A stretch of 64,000 nt of DNA from a bacterium (GTDB lineage Bacteria; JADJOY01): contig JAXLQJ010000018.1 in the NCBI GenBank assembly GCA_046331705.1, positions 1 to 64,000 of the forward strand, given 5' to 3'. Under the pieces are notes generated by a model. The model saw only the letters and a list, made by a program, of their open reading frames with translations, did no database searches and had not been told where the DNA came from. The position numbers were made by a program, and so were the translations under genes. Each line of letters starts with the position of its first letter. Within the stretch, counting starts at the first letter, position 1. Below are positions 57,668 through 64,000 of the stretch, one piece after another.

Positions 57668-58216
57668 ATGAGCGTCGCACGATCGCTTCGTACCGCGTCA
57701 CGCGCCGAGCTGCGGCGGCGCATCGCCACTGGCCATCCGGTGGACCCAGCGGCCATCGAGGGCTGGGCGTATCGTGGCACCAGCTTGGGATTGCCGAAGC
57801 TGATCGAGGCGATCACCTGGAAGACCTTCCAGAAGACGTTCTGGCGCGAACCCGCGTCGGGGCGCTTGCTGGGCTGGAACGTGCGCCTCGAGCAGGATGG
57901 GGTCGACGCGCCCAGCCGACCCAAGCGCCGCGACGGCAAGCCCGTCACCGTCTGGCATTACGAGGTGCTGTCGCCCGCCGGGATCCGCACGCCGCCCGAC
58001 TTCGACCGCGGGCTCATCATCGACTACTCGCGGGGCCGAAATCCGCGCTTCGACACCATTCGCTTCTCCAAGGACCCGCTGGTCGCGCTGACGGAAGGCA
58101 GCGCCGACGAGCTGATCGGCGTGACGTATCTCTCGATCGCCGGGCTCTGCATCGAGACGCCGACGTATTTCACGTTGGAGCGGGAACACCGCATCGACTT
58201 CGTTCCGTACGAATGA
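57668..58216 (+). CDS. Conserved-looking hypothetical beta-rich protein
   Basis: GWAYRG, WKTFQKTF, GWNVR, IIDY, DPLV, YFTLER; stop overlaps the next ATG. Confidence 0.8.
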   Translation: MSVARSLRTASRAELRRRIATGHPVDPAAIEGWAYRGTSLGLPKLIEAITWKTFQKTFWREPASGRLLGWNVRLEQDGVDAPSRPKRRDGKPVTVWHYEVLSPAGIRTPPDFDRGLIIDYSRGRNPRFDTIRFSKDPLVALTEGSADELIGVTYLSIAGLCIETPTYFTLEREHRIDFVPYE

Positions 58217-58677
58217 TGGATCTCGACCGCGTCGCCACCGAGCAGCGCCCCCCGGTGTGGAACCGGCTCTTCGGCTTCGAGCGGCGCTGGGCCGAGGCCC
58301 TCTTCGACGCCGTGCTCGGCATCGAGCCGCACGAGGGGGCGTCCGTGACGCTGCCCGCGTTCGAGTCGATCGATCGGACGGTGTTCTGGCGCTCCCTGGA
58401 ACGCGCGCCGGCGCCCTCGTTTCGCATCGGCCTGCGCGGCTTCGTCTATGCCCTCACGCTGCTGCCGCTCTTCGACGCGCGCTGGCGCAAGCCGTTCTTC
58501 CGACTGTCGCGCGCCGAGCGCCTCGCGGCGATCGAGCGCTTCGACCGCGACCCGCGCTACGCCATCCGCCAGATGCTCGCGGCGCTCAAGATGCTCGCCT
58601 GCTTCGCGTATTTCGATGCGCCCGCGGCGCGCGCGCCGTTCGAGCAACCGCCCGCCCCTGCCGGGAGCGAGACGTGA
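58213..58677 (+). CDS. Helical partner protein (gluconate 2-dehydrogenase subunit 3-like) of the GMC enzyme
   Basis: F..LSRAER..., RQML..LKML..FAYF; coupled to the GMC gene. Confidence 0.75.
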   Translation: MMDLDRVATEQRPPVWNRLFGFERRWAEALFDAVLGIEPHEGASVTLPAFESIDRTVFWRSLERAPAPSFRIGLRGFVYALTLLPLFDARWRKPFFRLSRAERLAAIERFDRDPRYAIRQMLAALKMLACFAYFDAPAARAPFEQPPAPAGSET

Positions 58678-60179
58678 GCGAGCTGGTGCATCTCGACGGA
58701 CGCGACGTGCGCGTGGCGCTGACCCTCACCGCCGACGTGGTGGTGGTCGGCAGCGGCCCCGCCGGCGCCACCGTGGCGCGCGCCCTCGGCGCAGCCGGCG
58801 TCGACGTGGCCGTGCTCGAGGAAGGCTTCGAGGCTCGTCCCGAGGATTTCGAGGCGAGCGGTGTGCGCGCGCTGGCACGGCTCTATCGCGACATGGGCAC
58901 CTCGATCGCGTTCGGCAAGGCCCCGATGCCGTTCCTGCAGGGGCGCGCGGTGGGCGGTACCTCGGTGGTGAATGGCGCCATCTGCTGGCGCTTCCCACGC
59001 GAGACCCTCGACGACTGGGCACGCACCGATCCCGCTCTCGCCGAGGCGCTGCCGTTCGACGAGATCGAGCGCGCCCAGGACGAGATCGACCAGCGCCTGG
59101 GCGTCGCCTCCACCGATCCCGCCATCGCCGGCCCCAAGAACCTGCTGCTCGGCACGGGCGCCGAGGCGTTGGGTGTCGCGCACCGTCCGATCCGCCGCAA
59201 CGTGGAAGGGTGCGTCGGCGCGGGTCGCTGCCTGCAAGGTTGCCCGCACGGCCACAAGCTCTCGATGGATCGCACCTTCCTGCGCGATGCCGTCGCCCAC
59301 GGCGCCCGGATCTACGCCGGCACCACCGCCAAGGCCGTCCACGTGGAGGGCGGACGCGCGGTCGCGGTACTGGCGGAGTCGGCGGCGGGGGCACGCGTCG
59401 GCGTGCGCGCCCGGCACGCGGTGGTGCTGGCGGCGAGCGCGATCCAGACCCCGTGTCTGTTGATCGCGAGCGGCCTTCGGCATGGACCCGTGGGACGGAA
59501 TCTGGCGGCCCACCCGGGCGTGTCGGTGACCGCGCGATTCGACGAGCCCGTGCGCAATCACCTCGGGGCCACCCAGGGGCACGAGGTCATCGGCTGGCGC
59601 GGCGAGGGGCTCAAGCTGGAGGCGCTCGGCTTCGATCTCTCGATCCTCGCCAGCCGCCTGCCGGGCGCGGGACGCGAGCTGGGGCGGCGAATCGCCGAGA
59701 TGGACCACTACGCGGTGTGGGGCGCGGCGCTGCGTGCGGGCGCCCGCGGCGACGTGAGCCCCGGCGTGGGACGCGCATCGGTGCGGTACTCGCTGACTCG
59801 CGAGGACGTGGCGCTCGCCCGCCGTGGCGTGCGGGTGCTCGCCGACACGTTCTTCGCCGCTGGCGCGCGCGAGGTCTATCCCGGCGTCGCGGGCTTCCCG
59901 CCAGTGCTCGGGGATCCGCGCGACGCCGCGACGATCGAGAGCGACGCACCGCTCGACGCCCGCGCCTACGCCATGTCCATGACGCATCTCTTCGGCACCG
60001 CGCGAATGGGCAGCGACCCGGCGCGCAGCGTGGTGCGCCCCGATTTCCGCCACCATCGGGTCGACGGCCTCTACGTTGTCGATTCGAGCGTCTTCCCCGG
60101 TAATCTGGGCGTGAACCCGCAGATCCCGATCATGGCCCTGGCGCGGCTCGCCGCCGATCGAATTCGGGCTCGATCGTGA
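58674..60179 (+). CDS. GMC family oxidoreductase
   Basis: VVVGSGPAG, VGGTSVVNG, CVGAGRCLQGC, VGRNLAAHP, HLFGTARMG, DSSVFP..GVNPQ. Confidence 0.95.
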   Translation: MSELVHLDGRDVRVALTLTADVVVVGSGPAGATVARALGAAGVDVAVLEEGFEARPEDFEASGVRALARLYRDMGTSIAFGKAPMPFLQGRAVGGTSVVNGAICWRFPRETLDDWARTDPALAEALPFDEIERAQDEIDQRLGVASTDPAIAGPKNLLLGTGAEALGVAHRPIRRNVEGCVGAGRCLQGCPHGHKLSMDRTFLRDAVAHGARIYAGTTAKAVHVEGGRAVAVLAESAAGARVGVRARHAVVLAASAIQTPCLLIASGLRHGPVGRNLAAHPGVSVTARFDEPVRNHLGATQGHEVIGWRGEGLKLEALGFDLSILASRLPGAGRELGRRIAEMDHYAVWGAALRAGARGDVSPGVGRASVRYSLTREDVALARRGVRVLADTFFAAGAREVYPGVAGFPPVLGDPRDAATIESDAPLDARAYAMSMTHLFGTARMGSDPARSVVRPDFRHHRVDGLYVVDSSVFPGNLGVNPQIPIMALARLAADRIRARS

Positions 60180-60793
60180 CGGAGACGAGATCCATGACCG
60201 CACCGCGACACGCGCTTCGCCGAGCCGCTGTCGGCGCCTTCCTCTCGCTCGCCGGCTTCGCGGCGCTCGGGTCCGCGTTCCTCGCGCGCGCGAGCCACGC
60301 CGCCGAGCCCGTCCCCGCCGCCAGCTTCCACCAGCTCACGGCCAACTCGCTCGGCGGCGAAGCCGTGGCGTTCCAGCAATACGCCGGCAAGGTGGTGCTG
60401 GCGGTGAACGTCGCGAGCCAGTGCGGATTCACCCCCCAATACGCCGGCCTCGAGAAGCTCTTCGAGGAGCTGGCGCCGAAGGGGCTGGTCGTCCTCGGCT
60501 TCCCCAGCAACGAGTTCGGCGGACAGGAGCCAGGATCCGCCACCGAGATCCAGACCTTCTGCAAGAAGAACTACGGTGTCTCGTTTCCGATGTTCCAGAA
60601 GCTCGTCACCAAGCCCGGCCCCGAGCAATCGCCCGTCTACCGGTTCCTGACCGCGGGACGAGATGCGCCGAGCTGGAACTTCTGCAAGTACCTGGTGGGC
60701 AAGGACGGCAAGGTGATCTCGTTCTTCCCGAGCAAGGTGAAGCCCGAGGACCCCGAGCTGCGCAACGCGATCGACGCGGCGCTGGCCGGCTGA
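60176..60793 (+). CDS. Glutathione peroxidase family (Cys type) with signal peptide
   Basis: VNVASQCGFTPQY (TGC codon), LGFPSNEFGGQEPG, WNFCKYL; start GTG 60176 (overlap) or ATG 60194. Confidence 0.95.
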   Translation: MTETRSMTAPRHALRRAAVGAFLSLAGFAALGSAFLARASHAAEPVPAASFHQLTANSLGGEAVAFQQYAGKVVLAVNVASQCGFTPQYAGLEKLFEELAPKGLVVLGFPSNEFGGQEPGSATEIQTFCKKNYGVSFPMFQKLVTKPGPEQSPVYRFLTAGRDAPSWNFCKYLVGKDGKVISFFPSKVKPEDPELRNAIDAALAG

Positions 60794-60901
60794 CGCCTCC
60801 CAACCAAGCTCTCCTCGGCACGGTGCGTCGCCGCCACCGCGCGCGTGGCGCCGCGGCCACCATCTGGCGCAGAATCCTCCTCGCCAACCGGAGGAGGCGC
60901 C

Positions 60902-61339
60902 ATGAATCCGCTCACCAGGACCGTTCCGCTCGCCGCCCTCGTCGTCAGCGTCGTGCTCGTCACGTCGTCCTGGGCCTCGGCAGCCACACCGGCGGGGGAA
61001 TCCGGGCTGGCTGCCGTCTATTCCACCAAGCTGCAGGGTCGCAAGACCGCCAGCGGCGAGCGTTACGATCGCAACCAGCTGACCACGGCCCATCCCAGCT
61101 TGCCGTTCGGCACGCGCGTGAAGGTGACCCGCGCGGACAACGGCAAGAGCGTGATCCTGCGCGTCAACGACCGCGGGCCGCGCGAGCCCGGTCGCATCGT
61201 CGACATCTCGAGCGCCGCCGCGCGCAGGATCGGCCTCGGCGCGCACCGCATGACCGAGGTGCGCGTGGAGGTCGTCGGCGCCGCGCCGACCGCGAGCACC
61301 AAGCACGTCGCGGTGGCCAAGCACCACCACGCGCCGTGA
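60902..61339 (+). CDS. rlpA: RlpA-like double-psi beta-barrel (septal lytic transglycosylase family)
   Basis: GRKTASGERYD, TTAHPSLPFGT, VNDRGP, RIVDIS..AA; GGAGGAGG RBS. Confidence 0.9.
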   Translation: MNPLTRTVPLAALVVSVVLVTSSWASAATPAGESGLAAVYSTKLQGRKTASGERYDRNQLTTAHPSLPFGTRVKVTRADNGKSVILRVNDRGPREPGRIVDISSAAARRIGLGAHRMTEVRVEVVGAAPTASTKHVAVAKHHHAP

Positions 61340-61384
61340 GCCGCGTCGCGCATCCCGGCTCGGCCCGGCGCGCCACGCGCCTGC

Positions 61385-62236
61385 TCATGCGGGTGCGCGG
61401 CGGCGCTGGCGCGCGCGGCCACGAGAACGTGGGCCGGCTGCGCGCGCGGCTCGTGTCGCCGTGGGCGGTGGCGCCAAGGACGATGGCTCGAGCACGCCCT
61501 CGGTGACCGCTCGCACCACGTTCACCATCGCCCGCACCGCCCGCGCCCGGTGCTCGGGGCCGTCGAGCCCGTTGCGCACCAGGTGTCGCACGATCGCCTC
61601 GTAGGCCGCCACGTATCCGCGGATCAGCCACGGGTCGGCGCGTTCGCGTCGCGCCAGCGATTGCTCGCGATGAACCACCGTGGCGATCCGCTCCACGGCC
61701 AGCTCGCGCGCGTCGGCGAGCGGTGAGCCGCGCTTCAGCGATTCGAGCCCGAAGAGCTCCCACAGCGCGCCGTTCGCGACGGCCAGCGCGATCTGCGATT
61801 CCAGAAGGCTCGCGAGGGACTCGAGCGAGAGCACCGAGCGCCGGCCATTCGTCGTGAGAATGCTCGCGACGCGCTCGCGCCATTCGGATTCGAGTGCCCG
61901 CAGCACGTCGTCCTTGCTTCGGAACTGCCGGTAGAACGTCGCCCTGCCGATGGCGGCGGCCTGCAGGATGTCCTCGACCCGGGTCTCCGCCACTCCATGG
62001 CGCACGAAGACCGCACCGGCGACGCGCATGATCTCCGCGCGCGCCGAGAAATCGCGGGGCGGACGTCCGATCCGACGCCGGCGCGCCGCTGGCGCGGGGC
62101 GATCTCGCGTGCCGGTCACGCCGCGCGCGGCGCGAGCGACGCCCTCCGCCTCGTCACGCCGCGGACGGGATCGGCGGCGCGCCGGACGCGACGCACCACT
62201 CGCACCGGCGCTCCCTCGCACGCGCTTCTGCCTCAT
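61385..62236 (-). CDS. TetR/AcrR family regulator with Arg-rich N-terminal extension
   Basis: RAEIMRVAGAVFVRHGVAETRVEDILQAAAIGRATFYRQFRSKDDVL; start uncertain. Confidence 0.88.
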   Translation of the reverse strand: MRQKRVRGSAGASGASRPARRRSRPRRDEAEGVARAARGVTGTRDRPAPAARRRRIGRPPRDFSARAEIMRVAGAVFVRHGVAETRVEDILQAAAIGRATFYRQFRSKDDVLRALESEWRERVASILTTNGRRSVLSLESLASLLESQIALAVANGALWELFGLESLKRGSPLADARELAVERIATVVHREQSLARRERADPWLIRGYVAAYEAIVRHLVRNGLDGPEHRARAVRAMVNVVRAVTEGVLEPSSLAPPPTATRAARAAGPRSRGRARQRRRAPA

Positions 62237-62265
62237 GGCGCCAGAATGTCGCTCCGGGCCACGCA

Positions 62266-62295
62266 CGCAAAACGTCACCCGGATGACGTTTTGCG
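62266..62295. promoter_or_regulatory. Perfect inverted repeat CGCAAAACGTCA-CCCGGA-TGACGTTTTGCG
   Basis: 12-bp arms, 30 nt upstream of the TetR ATG in a divergent intergenic region. Confidence 0.7.
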
Positions 62296-62373
62296 GCGCT
62301 CGCGGGCGACGACAGCGCGAGGCGCGCCCTTCCAATGCGCATCTTGTGGGACATCCTCGTCTCCCCGCCCGAT

Positions 62374-62389
62374 TGGACCGATTCCTGCA
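62374..62389 (+). promoter_or_regulatory. Weak sigma54 promoter candidate
   Basis: TGGACCGATTCCTGCA: GG-N10-GC, three mismatches to consensus. Confidence 0.35.
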
Positions 62390-62455
62390 TTGCGCACGCC
62401 CCCCTCGTGATCCGACCTCGACCACGTCCCAGCTGCGAAGGGCACTCCGAGACCG

Positions 62456-64000
62456 ATGACGCAGAAGGAAGAACCCGCGATCGAAGACGAGGGCTCGTCC
62501 CCGGCGCCGCGCACGTTCGTCACCACTCCCGTTGCCTTTCGTGCCGGCTCGACGGTGGGAATCGGCGCCGCACGAGACCTGAGCGCCACGGGCATGTACG
62601 TGCGCACCGCGCAGTTTCTGCCGTACGGCACGCCCTTGGAGCTGCGATTCCGCCCCGATCCTGCGGCCTCCGCGGAGGTCGTGGAGATCCGCGGAGTGGT
62701 CGCGCGCGCAACACGAGCCTCCGACGCCGAAGGCGCCGGCGTGGGGGTTCGCTTCACCGAGCGCGACTCGCCCCAGATCGAGCGGCTCGCGAGCGTGGTG
62801 AGCGAGTCCACGGTGCGCAGCCGCTTCGATGCGGCGCGGGGCGCGGCGTCGCTCGAAGGCTCCGAGGACGGCGATCGTTACGAGGTGCTGGGGCTCTTGG
62901 GGTCGGGCGCGACCAGCAACGTCTATCGCGCGCACGATCGTCACGACGACCGCCCCGTCGCGCTCAAGGTGCTCAAGGCGCACATCGCCGAGGATCCCGA
63001 GATCGTGGAACGGCTGCGCCGCGAGGCGGCGTTGGTCCGAATGATCGGGCACCCGCGCATCGCCGACGTGTTCGAGAGCGGCACGATCAACGGCTTCCCG
63101 TACCTGGCCATGGAGCTGGTCGAGGGCGCGGCGCTCTCGCGCCTGCTGTTCGAGCGCCAAGCCCTCGACGAAGCCGAGACCGTGCGCGTGCTGCTCGACG
63201 TCAGCGACGCGGTGGCCGCGGCGCACCAGCGCGACATCGTGCATCGCGACCTCAAGCCCTCGAACATCCTCGTCTCGCCCGAAGTCGGCGCGAAGGTGGT
63301 CGATTTCGGCATCGCTCGCGCGCGGCTGCAGACTCGGCTCACCCAGGCGGGCTCGTTCCTCGGCACACCGAGCTACTCGGCACCCGAGCAGCTCGTGGGC
63401 GCGACCGCCTCGCCGCGCACCGACGTCTACGCGCTCGGCTGCATCGCGTTTCGCTGCCTCACGGGCCACGAGCGCCAGTCGGCACGCGACATCGCCGCGA
63501 CACTCGCGCTGCTGCACTCCGGGCCCGTGCCGGCGCTGCGCGAGCACGGCGCTGCGGTGAGCGCAGGTCTGGAGCAGATCGTGGTCCGCTGCCTCGCCCA
63601 CGATCCCGCCGATCGCTACGCCGACGCGAGCGCCGTGCGCACTGCGCTCGCGCGCCTCGAAGCGCACCCGCCCGCACCGCGCCGCCGCCGCGCGCTGATC
63701 GGCGAGAGCGATCCCTGCTCCGCCGAGCACTTGCGCGTCATCCTGGAGCGCGCGGGGTGGGAGGCGCGGGTCGTCGACGACGGCTTCGCGCTGATCGAGA
63801 TCGCGCTCGGGCAGCCGCCCGACCTCGTCGTGGTCACGTCGACGCTCGCGAGCATCGGCGGGCTGGAGGCCATCCAGATCCTGCGCGCGCAACCCTCGAC
63901 CGCGCGGATCGGCTGCGTGCTCGTCTCCGGCTTCGACGTCGACGGCGAGACCGTGGCGTTCCTCGACACGGCGAAGTTCGTGAAGCGACCGGTCGACGAG
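62456..64000 (+). CDS. PilZ-Ser/Thr kinase-pseudoreceiver protein (runs off the right edge)
   Basis: Not in the ORF track. Manual translation: RDLSATGMYV...GVGVRF (PilZ); LGSGATS, VALK, HRDLKPSN, DFG, APE; RALIGESD...PDLVVVT...GGLEAIQILR...VKRP. Confidence 0.92.
   Translation, partial: MTQKEEPAIEDEGSSPAPRTFVTTPVAFRAGSTVGIGAARDLSATGMYVRTAQFLPYGTPLELRFRPDPAASAEVVEIRGVVARATRASDAEGAGVGVRFTERDSPQIERLASVVSESTVRSRFDAARGAASLEGSEDGDRYEVLGLLGSGATSNVYRAHDRHDDRPVALKVLKAHIAEDPEIVERLRREAALVRMIGHPRIADVFESGTINGFPYLAMELVEGAALSRLLFERQALDEAETVRVLLDVSDAVAAAHQRDIVHRDLKPSNILVSPEVGAKVVDFGIARARLQTRLTQAGSFLGTPSYSAPEQLVGATASPRTDVYALGCIAFRCLTGHERQSARDIAATLALLHSGPVPALREHGAAVSAGLEQIVVRCLAHDPADRYADASAVRTALARLEAHPPAPRRRRALIGESDPCSAEHLRVILERAGWEARVVDDGFALIEIALGQPPDLVVVTSTLASIGGLEAIQILRAQPSTARIGCVLVSGFDVDGETVAFLDTAKFVKRPVDE

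Noticed and set aside
60421-60425. Selenocysteine glutathione peroxidase
   Set aside because: The active-site codon is TGC (Cys), not TGA
61385-63892. 835-aa minus-strand ORF
   Set aside because: Only the last ~283 codons are TetR; the rest is antisense to the PilZ-kinase gene
1-64000. Numerous long overlapping or antisense ORFs (e.g. 4267-6666, 24774-27101, 26701-29004, 36558-38948)
   Set aside because: Expected from stop-codon scarcity at high GC; they are R/A/P/G-rich, lack motifs and overlap well-supported genes

Overview
A very GC-rich, gene-dense bacterial window with about 59 protein-coding genes. I found no rRNA, tRNA, CRISPR array or mobile element. Gene content (many lipoproteins, three Hanks-type Ser/Thr kinases, sigma54-like promoters, a large acyl-CoA catabolic repertoire) suggests a Myxococcota/Binatia-like organism; this is inference only. 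Main blocks: (i) a TetR, radical SAM and membrane-protein operon next to a cobalamin-binding radical SAM gene and a GH127 lipoprotein; (ii) a ~16 kb lipid/steroid-like catabolic island (P450, heteromeric acyl-CoA dehydrogenase pair, CoA ligase, five SDRs, DUF35 plus Cys-less thiolase, class III CoA-transferase) whose promoter regions share a near-identical 19-bp palindromic box, TTGACGGWTCGTCAAATTC, three times; (iii) signalling genes: a kinase with 12 exact 13-aa repeats, a sigma54-preceded HGDEF diguanylate cyclase-like gene, and two related kinases with swapped input domains (REC-kinase-pseudoREC and PilZ-kinase-pseudoREC); (iv) a circularly permuted ATP-grasp/alpha-E pair; (v) a thiolase plus a Cys-less HMG-CoA-synthase-like/DUF35 fusion; (vi) a coupled operon of a beta-rich orphan, a helical partner, a GMC oxidoreductase and an exported glutathione peroxidase. 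Most long overlapping ORFs in the supplied track are antisense or off-frame shadows. Many starts were re-called from RBS and stop/start overlaps. All family calls come from motif recognition by eye, not from database searches.
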